Source of the DNA: Synechocystis sp. PCC 6803 substr. PCC-P
Lineage (GTDB): Bacteria; Cyanobacteriota; Cyanobacteriia; Cyanobacteriales; Microcystaceae
Direction: 5' to 3'
Length of the DNA stretch: 32,000 nucleotides
Assembly (NCBI RefSeq): GCF_000284455.1
Contig: NC_017039.1
Coordinates: 2,280,001-2,312,000, forward strand
Positions 1 through 12,977 of the stretch are shown here, piece after piece (position 1 is the first letter of the stretch; each line of letters opens with the position of its first letter). The notes beneath the pieces were generated by a model. The model made no database searches and was not told the origin of the DNA. It was given only the letters and a program-made list of their open reading frames with translations. Both the position numbers and the translations under genes were made by a program.

Positions 1-1008
1 GGCACAGTGCAATATTTTGGCGTTAATACCTTCACCACAGGTATTTATTCCACCTGGTTCGGCTTTGGGGAAAGGCAAGGGGCCACCCAACTGGCCGCCT
101 TTTTAATGATTTTTGTCTTCTTGTTAGTAGTACTGGAACGCTGGTCCCGCCGGCAAGCCAAGTTTTATCAATCTAGCAGTCCCCACCAAAATCTCCCCCG
201 TTATCAACTCCGGGGCCTAAGGGCGATCGGGGCATTAGCTTTTTGTCTTTTTCCTTTCCTACTGGGCTTTTTAATTCCCGCCAGTTATCTTTTATATCTC
301 ACCGTTTCCTATGCCCAGGAGGTCCGTAACAATAACTTCTTTCAACTGGCTTCCCACAGTTTAATTCTCTCCTTCCTCACCGCGGCGATCGCCTTAGTAA
401 TTGGTTTAATCCTGGTTTATGGCCAAAGGTTGAGCCGTCAACCCCTCACTTCCTTTGCCGTCAAAGTTGCTTCCATGGGCTATGCCATCCCTGGTTCTGT
501 CATTGCGGTGGGGGTGCTGATTCCAGCGGGCAACTTTGACAATTGGCTGGCTGATTGGTGGGAAAATATGTGGGGCGTAAAAATTGGTCTTCTGCTGAGT
601 GGTACCATTGCCATCCTGGTCTACGCCTATCTGGTCAGGTTTTTGGCTGTGGCCCTGGGTTCCTTGGAAGGCAGTTTGGGCAAAATTAAACCCACTTTGG
701 ACGATGCGGCCCGTAGTTTGGGCAAAAGCCCCAGCCAAATTCTCTGGCAAGTACACACTCCCCTCATGACCGGCGGTCTGCTCACCGCTGTGATGTTAGT
801 ATTCGTGGATGTCATGAAGGAATTGCCCGCTACCTTGGTAATTCGCCCCTTTAACTTTGACACCCTCGCCATCCGAGTTTACCAATATGCCTCCGATGAA
901 AGACTGATTGAAGCCGCTGCTCCAGCCCTGACCATTATTCTGGCGGGGATGTTGCCGGTGATTTTCCTGAGCGTGCAAATTGCCCGTTCTCGCCCCAGCG
1001 AAGGATAA
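1..1008 (+). CDS. futB: Iron(III) ABC transporter permease, C-terminal part (left end truncated by window)
   Basis: Frame stays open to the left edge (GGC ACA GTG CAA...). Hydrophobic multi-TM protein with binding-protein-dependent permease motif region (DDAARSLGKSPSQILWQVHTPLMTGGLLTA). Neighbours match the Synechocystis slr0327 locus. Confidence 0.85.
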   Translation, partial: GTVQYFGVNTFTTGIYSTWFGFGERQGATQLAAFLMIFVFLLVVLERWSRRQAKFYQSSSPHQNLPRYQLRGLRAIGALAFCLFPFLLGFLIPASYLLYLTVSYAQEVRNNNFFQLASHSLILSFLTAAIALVIGLILVYGQRLSRQPLTSFAVKVASMGYAIPGSVIAVGVLIPAGNFDNWLADWWENMWGVKIGLLLSGTIAILVYAYLVRFLAVALGSLEGSLGKIKPTLDDAARSLGKSPSQILWQVHTPLMTGGLLTAVMLVFVDVMKELPATLVIRPFNFDTLAIRVYQYASDERLIEAAAPALTIILAGMLPVIFLSVQIARSRPSEG

Positions 1009-1057
1009 ATTTGCCGGATAATCCGTTCAAAATCCGTTTGATTTCGACCTTTTGCCC

Positions 1058-1531
1058 ATGAAATTGTTATTTGTTTGTTTAGGTAACATTTGTCGATCGC
1101 CAGCGGCGGAAAATATCATGAACGCCCAGATTGACCAAGCAGGCTTGGGGGCAAAAATTGTTTGCGACTCTGCCGGTACTTCCAGCTACCATGTGGGAGA
1201 TTCCCCCGATCGCCGCATGACAGAAAGCTTGAAAAAACGGGGTTATCGGGTGCAGGGAAGAGCTAGACAGTTTTTTCCCGAAGATTTTGCAGAATTTGAC
1301 TTAATTCTAGCTATGGACGGGGATAATTACCGCAATATTCTAGCCCAGGATCCAGCAGGGCAATATCACCATAAAGTAAAAATGATCTGCGATTACACCG
1401 AAAAATTTGGCGATCGGGAAGTTCCCGACCCCTATTATGGCGGGCAGGCTGGTTTTGAGCATGTGATTGATTTGCTAGAAGATGCCTGCGGTAATTTGCT
1501 CACTAGCTTGGGCAAGGAATTGGTTAATTAG
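1058..1531 (+). CDS. Low molecular weight protein-tyrosine phosphatase (157 aa)
   Basis: N-terminal P-loop LLFVCLGNICRSPAAEN and C-terminal DPYYGG motif. ATG at 1058 preferred over the TTG at 1052 used by the ORF track. Confidence 0.93.
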   Translation: MKLLFVCLGNICRSPAAENIMNAQIDQAGLGAKIVCDSAGTSSYHVGDSPDRRMTESLKKRGYRVQGRARQFFPEDFAEFDLILAMDGDNYRNILAQDPAGQYHHKVKMICDYTEKFGDREVPDPYYGGQAGFEHVIDLLEDACGNLLTSLGKELVN

Positions 1532-1543
1532 CAAGCGGTTGTT

Positions 1544-1562
1544 GAACCAAAGGGTTCTTTTT
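1544..1562 (+). terminator. Weak intrinsic terminator after the phosphatase gene
   Basis: GAACC-AAAG-GGTTC followed by TTTTT; the stem is only 5 bp. Confidence 0.4.
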
Positions 1563-1682
1563 ACCTGTGTTTAACAGTTGGAGGAGTATGGGTGAGGCCC
1601 ATTGTGGTGTTGCCAGCCCGTGCTGGTATGGCTCCCCTGGGGGGTAGAATTAGCAAGATTTTCCCAATTTTCCCTTAATGGC

Positions 1683-2603
1683 ATGAGTTCTCCCTCTTCC
1701 ATACATCGTGAAGTCATCGGCATTGACATTGGTGGTTCTTCCATTAAGTTTGGCCGGTTCCTGAGCAATGGAGATTGCACCGAGTCCTTGGTTTTGCCCA
1801 CCCCCCAACCGGCTTTACCCAAGGCAGTTTATGCTCAGTTGGCCCATGGTATTGACCTGTTGAAAAATTCAGCTTGTGTGGCGATCGGTGTTGGGATGCC
1901 GGGACCAGCGGACGCAGCAGGACGGGTGGCCCAGTTGGCAATTAATTTGCCCCAGTGGCACGACATTCCTTTGGCGGATTGGTTGGAAGACCATGGACAG
2001 TTGCCGACGGTATTGGAGAATGATGCCAATTGTGCTGGCTTGGGGGAAGCTTGGCTCGGAGCGGGCAGGGATTATCGTAATTTTATTTTGCTTACCCTGG
2101 GCACGGGGGTGGGGGGGGCGGTGTTTTTAAATGGCAAATTGTTTACGGGGCCCCAAGGAGCCGGGGGGGAATTGGGACTAATTTCCATTGAAACGGAAGG
2201 CTATCCTTGCAATAGCGGCAATCGGGGTTCTTTGGAGCAACATGCTTCTGCCCAAACCCTACGGCGGGAAATGAATTTGACCGGCCTGGAATTGGCCCAA
2301 TTGGCCGCCAAGGGGGATGCGGAGGCGATCGCCTACTGGGAAAAGTTCGGCCAGCGGTTGGGCATGGGCATTGCGAACTTGGTCTATGTGTTGACCCCAG
2401 AGGCAGTAATTATTGGGGGAGGGCTAAGCGCCAGCTCCAGTTACTTTTTTCCCTCCATGGCATCGGAAATTGAGGAAAGGGTGCTATTACCTTCCCGTCG
2501 GGGATTAAAAATTTTGGTGGCCCAACTGGGTAACCGAGCTGGCATGATCGGTGCGGCCCGCCTAGCCTGGCAAAAGTTGGTTTATCGCACCGATGGCCCT
2601 TGA
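1683..2603 (+). CDS. ROK-family sugar kinase / glucokinase (306 aa)
   Basis: VIGIDIGGSSIKFG phosphate-binding motif, NDANCAGLGE, LGTGVGGAVF and GGGLSAS. The track ORF begins upstream at 1602; ATG at 1683 fits the family start. Confidence 0.88.
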   Translation: MSSPSSIHREVIGIDIGGSSIKFGRFLSNGDCTESLVLPTPQPALPKAVYAQLAHGIDLLKNSACVAIGVGMPGPADAAGRVAQLAINLPQWHDIPLADWLEDHGQLPTVLENDANCAGLGEAWLGAGRDYRNFILLTLGTGVGGAVFLNGKLFTGPQGAGGELGLISIETEGYPCNSGNRGSLEQHASAQTLRREMNLTGLELAQLAAKGDAEAIAYWEKFGQRLGMGIANLVYVLTPEAVIIGGGLSASSSYFFPSMASEIEERVLLPSRRGLKILVAQLGNRAGMIGAARLAWQKLVYRTDGP

Positions 2604-2616
2604 ACTATATGAGGAA

Positions 2617-3249
2617 CTAACGACTGCGAATCTTCGACCTCTGTTTACGGATGGCCAGCCAAGTGAAGCTTCTCAAGCCAAAGACATAGGCTGTTAAGCC
2701 CACCCCAGCCCCTGCCACCAACGATCCCACAAACAGGGCGATCGCCGCATCGCCACCATACTTTAGTAACTCGGTTGACTGCCAATCTAATTCGCTGAAG
2801 GGGATGCCTTCCCGTTGCAACAGCAATAGCCCCAGACGATAGTTAAACCAATAAATCGGCACATAGGTCAAAGGATTACTGATCCAAGTGGCCCCCGCTG
2901 CCACAATTTTATTGCCTCGTAGGGGAATGGCCAGCACCAAGGCGATCGCCGTTTGCAGACCGAAAAAGGGAAACATCCCAGCAAAGGAACCCACGGCCAA
3001 ACCCCGGGCCAAGGCATGGGGAGTACTCTGTAGTCGTAATAGCTTGACGTATAGATAGCGGATTTGTCTTTGCCACAGGCGCCAGTGGCCGGCTTTACGG
3101 GGGGGAGTCAAGTTAACCAAGGTGCTTGAGGGGGGTAAGGAGTGGGGAAGATTATCAGTTATTTTAACTAAGATGTTGCTAAATTCCCCATTCCTAAACC
3201 GGTCCGGGGCAGAAACCCAATCTTCCATTGCCCCACTAATCGACGCCAT
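2617..3249 (-). CDS. DUF2062-domain membrane protein (210 aa)
   Basis: ALARGLAVGSFAGMFPFFGLQTAIALVLAIPLRGNKIVAAGATWISNPLTYVPIY is typical of DUF2062. Confidence 0.75.
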   Translation of the reverse strand: MASISGAMEDWVSAPDRFRNGEFSNILVKITDNLPHSLPPSSTLVNLTPPRKAGHWRLWQRQIRYLYVKLLRLQSTPHALARGLAVGSFAGMFPFFGLQTAIALVLAIPLRGNKIVAAGATWISNPLTYVPIYWFNYRLGLLLLQREGIPFSELDWQSTELLKYGGDAAIALFVGSLVAGAGVGLTAYVFGLRSFTWLAIRKQRSKIRSR

Positions 3250-3823
3250 AACGCCATTGACTAAGCTTTTCCCGCACTGATGGGTCTAATTTGTGCACCC
3301 AGCCCCGTTGCTTTTCCCCCAAGGGTTTACCCTTTGGCGATCGCCGTTGACTCTTTTTGCCGTACTGTTTAGCCTGTTGGCGAACTTGAGCTCGACTTTG
3401 ATCCACCTCCTGGGCCAGAAGATGGGCCGACATCCATTCTGCACCGTAACCCACCACGGTTAATTGCTGAGCGCGATCGGAGGTGGCGACAATTACCCGA
3501 CCGGGATACTCATAGGTGTGACGGCGATAATGGGCACAACGCTTTTCAATGAACGTATCGGCAGTCTGGAGCCAGGCAGTGTAGTGGATGGAAAGGTGGG
3601 GGCTGGGATGCTCTTGGCTAGCAGGGCTTTGTTGGTACTGAGCATCGAAAACCACTTGGGTTTGATAGCCTTGGTGACTGCTGTAGCTAATCAGTTCATC
3701 AATTAGGGTTTGCCGGGCCATCTCCAGCCCAAAGCGTTCACGGGTTTGTTTCAGGTGATTCCATTGGCCGATGATGTTGTAACCATCTACCAGTAGTAGT
3801 GCGTTGTAAGTGGGGGGCTTCAT
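3236..3823 (-). CDS. NYN-domain (YacP/Rae1-like) putative ribonuclease (195 aa)
   Basis: LLLVDGYNIIGQW start, VVFDAQ, IVATSDRAQQ, and a basic C-terminus. The stop end overlaps the DUF2062 gene start by 14 bp. Confidence 0.75.
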   Translation of the reverse strand: MKPPTYNALLLVDGYNIIGQWNHLKQTRERFGLEMARQTLIDELISYSSHQGYQTQVVFDAQYQQSPASQEHPSPHLSIHYTAWLQTADTFIEKRCAHYRRHTYEYPGRVIVATSDRAQQLTVVGYGAEWMSAHLLAQEVDQSRAQVRQQAKQYGKKSQRRSPKGKPLGEKQRGWVHKLDPSVREKLSQWRYGVD

Positions 3824-4011
3824 GGTGCAAGGAGAAGATCATAGATTGCGGATATGCGGAAAAATCAAAATAATCGACACACCAAAGCCGGGCTCTGACC
3901 CAGAAAAAGTTCCCTGGCGATCGCCTTAGCGTTGTGATCGGTCAAAAATGAACGAATCTAAATTTTAACAAAATTTACAAAAATTAAATTTTTCTCCCAT
4001 AACTCAGCCAA

Positions 4012-4572
4012 TCACATTAGCCAGGCAAAAAGCTCACCAACGGTGACTTGGAAATCTTCAGCAAAGGCTGGAACTGGTATAACTTCAGGTGCTTCATCAA
4101 CGATCTGGACCTGCTTATCGGGCCGATAAACCAGTAGGGTTTGCTCCTTTGGATCTACGAGCCAGCCCATCTGGGTTCCATGCTCCAGACAGTACAAAAT
4201 ATTTTTAATTACTCGTACTGGACTTTGGTCAGGGGAAAGAATTTCAATAGTCCAATCAGGGGCCAAGTCAAATAGGTCCGCAATTTCTCCTGAATGATCA
4301 CGGGGAATGCGGTCTTGGGTAAACACAGCAATGTCCGGCACAATGGAGCGATCGCCAAAGGTACAGCGCAGTTCCGAAAGAGCTAATGCCCGCCTTTGGG
4401 GACTGAAGACTCGATTTAAATTTGCCGATAATAAGGTTTGCAGGAGGCTATGCTTACCTTTGGGCATCGGCTTTTTTCGAATAGTACCATTAATGTATTC
4501 CTGGGCAGGTTTAGTCTCCGGCAATGCCATGAATTCTGCTAAGGATAGTGTCTTTACTGGAGTAGTAACCAT
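4012..4572 (-). CDS. Uma2-family (DUF820) putative endonuclease fold protein (186 aa)
   Basis: PALPE-like N-terminus, SIVPDIAVF, APDWTIEILSPDQSP, GTQMGWLVDPKEQTLLVYRP. Confidence 0.8.
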   Translation of the reverse strand: MVTTPVKTLSLAEFMALPETKPAQEYINGTIRKKPMPKGKHSLLQTLLSANLNRVFSPQRRALALSELRCTFGDRSIVPDIAVFTQDRIPRDHSGEIADLFDLAPDWTIEILSPDQSPVRVIKNILYCLEHGTQMGWLVDPKEQTLLVYRPDKQVQIVDEAPEVIPVPAFAEDFQVTVGELFAWLM

Positions 4573-4623
4573 AGCTAGGCTTCTTCAGGAAAATGGCCAA
4601 TCCATCCAATTCACCATACCAAT

Positions 4624-4893
4624 CTAAGACCCACTGCCTTGGCCCGGTAATATACAGCAGTTGACATCATTGAGACAAACCTTGCCCCATTGCAGGGCCC
4701 AGCGCACCAATTCCACCCGGTTTTCCGTGTTGGTCTTGGTCAAAATATTACTGACATGGTTATCCACTGTTCTTTTACTAATCTCCAAACGTTCTGACAC
4801 CTCCTGGTTGGTCAGACCAATCGCCACTAGGTCTAAAATTTCCAATTCACGATCCGATAGGGACGCAGGGGGTTGATAGTTCCCGGCCAGCAT
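4624..4893 (-). CDS. pedR: LuxR-type HTH regulator, PedR-like (89 aa)
   Basis: LSDRELEILDLVAIGLTNQEVSERLEISKRTVDNHVSNILTKTNTENRVELVRWA is a GerE/LuxR HTH. The position beside psaC matches ssl0564 (recall). Confidence 0.8.
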   Translation of the reverse strand: MLAGNYQPPASLSDRELEILDLVAIGLTNQEVSERLEISKRTVDNHVSNILTKTNTENRVELVRWALQWGKVCLNDVNCCILPGQGSGS

Positions 4894-5060
4894 GGGTGAT
4901 TATCCTCAGGTATATTTACTCAGTCGGTAGACTATATTCTATGGTAATCCCCCCGTCAAGCCTAGCTTTGGTCGAAAATCGCCGCTCTGGTAAAAACATT
5001 AACTTTCGGATTATTTCGTGCAGGTGAACAAACTTAGATTGAATGTTGACAAACAAACAA

Positions 5061-5087
5061 ATAAAAAAGAAGACCCCAGGGGCCTTC
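5061..5087 (-). terminator. Intrinsic terminator of psaC
   Basis: Minus strand reads GAAGGCCC-CTG-GGGTCTTC (8-bp stem, one G.U) followed immediately by TTTTTT. Confidence 0.85.
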
Positions 5088-5159
5088 CCAGCTCGAAAGC
5101 TGTCAAAGTTTGATCAAAAATTGGAATAATGGCGGGGCCAGTTACCAGATCTATACGAT

Positions 5160-5408
<249 letters not shown>

Positions 5409-5773
5409 CTATCGGCTCCTTAACCGAGGGTTCTCCGTAAAGTCGAAAAAAATAATATTGTCAGGATTATGGGCTAGTTTACCCCACACCTGAATTTCCT
5501 TTCGGAAAAAACGCCATAACTTCAAATTCTGTTACATCTTTAGAGTGACTTTGAGCTTGTAACCAAGAAAAACCGCTTCAACAGAGCTTAAAGCAAAGGT
5601 AAAGCGAATCTAAACCATAGAAAAAAACCTGGGTGTGAACAAAAGTTAGACTGGCGGCGATCGCCACTGGCCTACCCGCAACTTAGAAAAAGTTAGGAAA
5701 AATTAATCTTTTCTGCGGGCCCGACCGGAAAAATCCCTGCTAGATTATTGTCTGTAAAGACTATCTGGGTAGT

Positions 5774-7351
5774 ATGAACACTTTTCCCTGGCTGACCACG
5801 ATCATCCTTTTGCCGATTGTGGCGGCTTTATTCATTCCCATTATCCCCGACAAGGACGGTAAAACTGTTAGATGGTATTCCCTGGCGGTGGGGCTAGTAG
5901 ACTTTGCCCTGATCGTTTATGCCTTCTACAGTGGTTTTGACCTGAGCGAACCGGGATTGCAATTGGTGGAAAGCTACACCTGGCTACCCCAGATTGATCT
6001 CAAATGGTCGGTGGGGGCCGATGGCCTTTCCATGCCGTTGATCATTCTCACCGGTTTTATCACCACCTTGGCCACCATGGCCGCCTGGCCGGTGACTCTG
6101 AAGCCAAAGCTATTTTATTTCCTGATGTTGCTCATGTACGGTGGGCAAATTGCCGTGTTTGCGGTGCAGGATATTTTGCTCTTTTTCCTAGTCTGGGAAT
6201 TGGAGTTGGTGCCAGTGTATCTAATTCTCTCCATCTGGGGCGGCAAAAAACGCCTCTACGCCGCAACGAAATTTATTCTCTACACTGCGGGGGGGTCTTT
6301 ATTCATCCTGCTGGCAGGGCTGACTCTGGCTTTCTACGGTGACGTTAATACCTTTGATATGTCGGCGATCGCCGCTAAGGACATTCCCGTTAACCTGCAA
6401 TTATTGCTATACGCTGGCTTTTTAATTGCCTACGGCGTTAAGTTGCCCATTTTTCCCCTCCATACCTGGTTACCCGATGCCCACGGGGAAGCCACTGCGC
6501 CGGCCCACATGTTGCTGGCGGGCATTCTGTTGAAAATGGGAGGTTATGCCCTGCTGCGGATGAATGTGGGGATGCTCCCCGATGCCCATGCCGTATTTGC
6601 CCCGGTTTTGGTGATTCTTGGGGTGGTGAACATTATTTATGCTGCTTTCACCTCCTTTGCCCAACGAAATCTGAAGCGAAAAATTGCCTATTCTTCCATT
6701 TCCCACATGGGTTTTGTCCTGATCGGTTTAGCATCTTTCACTGACCTGGGCATGAGTGGGGCCATGTTACAAATGATTTCCCACGGTTTGATTGGGGCCA
6801 GTCTGTTCTTTATGGTGGGAGCTACCTATGACCGGACCCATACCCTGATGCTGGATGAAATGGGGGGCATTGGCCAAAAGATGAAAAAAGGTTTTGCCAT
6901 GTGGACAGCTTGTTCCCTGGCGTCCCTGGCTCTACCGGGGATGAGTGGCTTTGTGGCGGAATTAATGGTGTTTGTGGGTTTTGCCACCAGCGATGCTTAT
7001 AACCTAGTTTTCCGCACCATTGTGGTTGTCCTTATGGGAGTTGGGGTAATTTTGACCCCCATTTATCTACTCTCCATGCTCCGGGAAATGCTTTACGGTC
7101 CCGAAAACGAGGAGTTGGTAAATCACACTAATCTAGTGGACGTGGAACCTCGGGAAGTTTTCATTATTGGTTGTCTGCTCGTGCCCATTATTGGCATTGG
7201 TTTCTATCCCAAGCTCATTACCCAGATTTACGATCCCACCATTAATCAATTGGTGCAAACCGCCCGGCGATCTGTGCCGAGTTTGGTCCAACAGGCTAAC
7301 CTTTCACCCTTGGAAGTCACTGCTTTACGGCCCCCCACCATTGGTTTTTAA
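5774..7351 (+). CDS. ndhD1: NAD(P)H dehydrogenase-1 subunit 4, NdhD1 (525 aa)
   Basis: Proton-translocating antiporter-like family; [37 protein letters not shown] is diagnostic. Placement divergent from psaC. Confidence 0.95.
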   Translation: MNTFPWLTTIILLPIVAALFIPIIPDKDGKTVRWYSLAVGLVDFALIVYAFYSGFDLSEPGLQLVESYTWLPQIDLKWSVGADGLSMPLIILTGFITTLATMAAWPVTLKPKLFYFLMLLMYGGQIAVFAVQDILLFFLVWELELVPVYLILSIWGGKKRLYAATKFILYTAGGSLFILLAGLTLAFYGDVNTFDMSAIAAKDIPVNLQLLLYAGFLIAYGVKLPIFPLHTWLPDAHGEATAPAHMLLAGILLKMGGYALLRMNVGMLPDAHAVFAPVLVILGVVNIIYAAFTSFAQRNLKRKIAYSSISHMGFVLIGLASFTDLGMSGAMLQMISHGLIGASLFFMVGATYDRTHTLMLDEMGGIGQKMKKGFAMWTACSLASLALPGMSGFVAELMVFVGFATSDAYNLVFRTIVVVLMGVGVILTPIYLLSMLREMLYGPENEELVNHTNLVDVEPREVFIIGCLLVPIIGIGFYPKLITQIYDPTINQLVQTARRSVPSLVQQANLSPLEVTALRPPTIGF

Positions 7352-7529
7352 GTCGACCAAGAAAAAGGGTAGTTAAACACAGTTAACTCACTTAATTGTT
7401 GGTATTTATCTACCCTCTTCTAGTTGAGTTTGTATTCGATTGAAGTTAGTTAAGATTTTATTAAGATAACTCACCGTAAAAATAAATACTGTTACAGTTG
7501 AAAAATAATTAACCATCAACCTATATCCA

Positions 7530-7850
7530 ATGACTTTGGACAAGCTTGGGTCGGCCTTTTTGCTAGGTATTGCTTTGGCGAGCTTGGGCGTTCCTGCCCT
7601 TGCCCGGGGAATTTCTACCCTCAGGGCAGCAGATCCCAATACTCGTATTAATGTGAGAACTCAGCCTACTATCAAATCCAGTGCTCCTCAGTATGGACTA
7701 CCCGGTGACAAAGTTGAAGTCATCAAGTGTGTTCAAGATAAGGACACCCAAAATAGTGATTTGAATTGGTGTGAAGTTAAATTTGTTAAATCGAAAGCTG
7801 TCGGTTGGATACGCAGTGACTTTATTATTTTTGCTGACGGAGGCGAATAG
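7530..7850 (+). CDS. Secreted SH3b-like small protein (106 aa)
   Basis: Signal peptide MTLDKLGSAFLLGIALASLGVPALA, then INVRTQPTIKSSAPQYGLPGDKVEVIKCV...WCEVKF...GWIRSDFI, a bacterial SH3 pattern. Confidence 0.7.
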   Translation: MTLDKLGSAFLLGIALASLGVPALARGISTLRAADPNTRINVRTQPTIKSSAPQYGLPGDKVEVIKCVQDKDTQNSDLNWCEVKFVKSKAVGWIRSDFIIFADGGE

Positions 7851-7914
7851 CTTCGCAGAAGATATACCTTAAACACTTGTCATAATTCACAAAATTTTGC
7901 ACTGCAAAACAACA

Positions 7915-8247
7915 ATGAAAAAATTCTCTAGAACTGTTTCTGCACTGATTCTATCTATATCAGGGGCGATCGCCTGGTGTTTACCAAGTTTTGCAGCTAT
8001 TCCCCTGTTTAATGCCACTTGCCCCGGAGAAATTGAGGTTCATGCTGATCAGGGCGGACCTATTTTTATCAACGGTAAAAAAGCTCAGTTAATTGTTAAA
8101 AAGCCTGCATATTATGAGGCGAAATTGTCCCAAGGTGCTAATTCTGACGTTGTCGTTTCGGTGGCTATTAATGAGGACGACACGGTAACGATTAGCTATA
8201 CAGGTAAAAGAGGTGCTAACGGCATTTGCACTGTCAAAGAAGACTAG
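7915..8247 (+). CDS. Small secreted protein of unknown function (110 aa)
   Basis: Signal peptide MKKFSRTVSALILSISGAIAWCLPSFA; ATG at 7915 favoured over TTG at 7897. Mature part contains a single Cys pair. Confidence 0.65.
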   Translation: MKKFSRTVSALILSISGAIAWCLPSFAAIPLFNATCPGEIEVHADQGGPIFINGKKAQLIVKKPAYYEAKLSQGANSDVVVSVAINEDDTVTISYTGKRGANGICTVKED

Positions 8248-8530
8248 AAACCATACACAAAAAAATTTAAGACCTGACTGTTTCTAATTTGGTGCAGTTG
8301 GGTTTTGCCGATTTTAGAAATAGAAACTGCTGAGCTAGACTGGGGGTTCTTGTACTCCGAAAAATGTAATGAACAGTTAAGGTCGCTGCCGACTCTTATT
8401 TTTCCTGTCTATGATAGTTTTGCATTTGCACTCCTTGAATCAAGTTTATGTTAGACTGGGCGCAGATTAGTTAAGCGTTTTCAGCCAGTTTTCCGAATTT
8501 TTTGGACCCCTTCACAACAAACCTAAACCT

Positions 8531-8785
8531 ATGAAAAACTTCCCCGCAATGATTGGTGGCAGCTTGATAGTTGGCTCTTTTGCTCTTTTTAGCGGAGCTA
8601 TGCCCGGTATGGCCCAGGAAGTAGAATGCGAAGCCTATGAAGAAGATGGCATGGGCGTTGCGGTTTGCACTGATGATGATGGTAATACCGCCGTCAGTGT
8701 CACGGATGAAGAAGGCAATCAAGTCACCATTGTGGAAGATGAGGAAGGCAACGAATATACGGAAATTATCGAAGTGGAACAGTAA
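8531..8785 (+). CDS. Small secreted acidic repeat protein (84 aa)
   Basis: Signal peptide MKNFPAMIGGSLIVGSFALFSGAMPGMAQ, then a strongly acidic mature region with three DDDGN/DEEGN motifs. Confidence 0.65.
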   Translation: MKNFPAMIGGSLIVGSFALFSGAMPGMAQEVECEAYEEDGMGVAVCTDDDGNTAVSVTDEEGNQVTIVEDEEGNEYTEIIEVEQ

Positions 8786-8916
8786 AATTGCAGAAGTTTT
8801 TGTGAAAGCAATTTATTTTCCTTTGGTCTAGAAAGCCGTTGGCAAAACTTTACTTTTTTTCTTAGGTCAACCCCAGTAAAGCTCAGGCAATACTATGGGT
8901 ATTTTCTTGGTGTTCT

Positions 8917-9705
8917 CTAAAACCATTCGGAAAAGGGAGCAGAGAATTGTTGCAAAGACAGTAAGTGAAAACGTTTTTTTTGTTTGGCTAACCCTCGGCT
9001 ATCTGGTGTGTTGTAGCCCCAATCTGCCAGAAATAAACTGGTTTGCTCTAGGGCAGGCTGGTTCGCAACGGTCTCCAGAGTGGTCAACATATCCTCCACA
9101 AACCAAAGGCGATCGCCGTCACATTGATGCTTGACTCGCAACTGTTCCAGGGTTTTGAATTTAGGTTGCTTAATTTCCTTGCCAATAATTTGTCCTAGAG
9201 GGAAATCTACTTTCTGATTTTTGAGCAACTGTTGTACGAAGCGGCCTTCCTTGGTGGTGACAACGTAAAGCCATTGAGGGTAGGGGGATTGTAGCCAATG
9301 ATTTAACTGCCCAATTACCCCCGGATAAAAATGATGAAGTCCTAGCCAATAGGCCAAATCGTTGTGAATGTAGTTATCCCGCACCTGGTCTAGGACTGGA
9401 GCTAGTTGGGATTTGCCGATTTGTTCTTGGCGTTGTAGAGTCTGGGCAACGGCGGGCCATGCTGCTTCAATAGCGGCTGGTTCTACCCCCGTAGCCAAAG
9501 CTTTGAGTAGTAGGGGCATTTCCCACCCCGTTTCAATCACCGGCCTAAGGAAATAAAAGTTATCCCTTTGGCGATCGAGCTTCTCCCGCGGTAGATCTGG
9601 CCAAATTTGTCGACAAACTTGACAACTAGTTTGAAAATATTCCTGCAAACCGTCGCAGAGCACACCATCAAAATCCAGGACTAGCAAATGGGGAAATTTT
9701 TCCAT
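8917..9705 (-). CDS. HAD-superfamily hydrolase-like protein (262 aa)
   Basis: HLLVLDFDGVLCDGLQEY (HAD motif I), VVTTKE, K(x)n then DRLWFVEDMLTTLE. Start at the internal ATG 9705 is likely; 9723 is also possible. Confidence 0.75.
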   Translation of the reverse strand: MEKFPHLLVLDFDGVLCDGLQEYFQTSCQVCRQIWPDLPREKLDRQRDNFYFLRPVIETGWEMPLLLKALATGVEPAAIEAAWPAVAQTLQRQEQIGKSQLAPVLDQVRDNYIHNDLAYWLGLHHFYPGVIGQLNHWLQSPYPQWLYVVTTKEGRFVQQLLKNQKVDFPLGQIIGKEIKQPKFKTLEQLRVKHQCDGDRLWFVEDMLTTLETVANQPALEQTSLFLADWGYNTPDSRGLAKQKKRFHLLSLQQFSAPFSEWF

Positions 9706-10007
9706 AGATTCAAAGGGTGACATTTAAAACTGCATTATCAGTCATGTTTTTCCGGTCCTGGTATCAATCCCGATTTTTTTGATACAGTCCATTTTGCTTA
9801 GCCTTGGGAATGCCTAAGGGACTGCCAAACAGGGCCATTCAATCAAGTTCTCCTACATAAAAGTTAACAAAGCCCCTGTAGCGTTCCGAAACGTTCTACC
9901 CTAGATGCTGATTCACTTTTTTATGATGAACCTTTAAATAAGCCTTGGCCGGGCGGCTTTTTCCCTCGTTTTAAGGCGATCGCAATTTTGTTAATGGGAG
10001 ATAATGA

Positions 10008-12704
<2,697 letters not shown>

Positions 12705-12756
12705 GTTGCGGTTGTTTAAAGCTTAGCTATTCCTGATTGGTTGATTGATTGTTCTG

Positions 12757-12791
12757 AACCTAGCTAGTATTCAACACTGGCTAGGTTTTTT
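12757..12791 (+). terminator. Intrinsic terminator of apcE
   Basis: AACCTAGCTAGT-ATTCAAC-ACTGGCTAGGTT forms a 12-bp stem (one wobble) with a T run from 12786 to 12791. Confidence 0.88.
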
Positions 12792-12977
12792 GTTGTGGAG
12801 AGGACAATAATTCCTATATTTGGTAGGTTTTTGACTCCAGCCGAAGATGGGAGAAGTGGACAAAACCTGACAAAAATTCTCAGAAGTTAATTTTTAGGGC
12901 AATGCCATTGGCTATGCTGAGAGGAGCGGTCATGCTTATCGATCGCCGGTTTGGTTTTCCCCATTGCCTTATTTTCT

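Noticed and set aside
1571-1822. Small minus-strand ORF opposite the glucokinase-like start
   Set aside because: No recognisable domain and overlaps the coding start of a supported gene.
8260-8320. Inverted repeat TTTCTAA...TTAGAAA downstream of the 110-aa secreted protein gene
   Set aside because: Arms are only 7 bp, AT-rich and widely spaced with no T run, so it is not distinguishable from chance.
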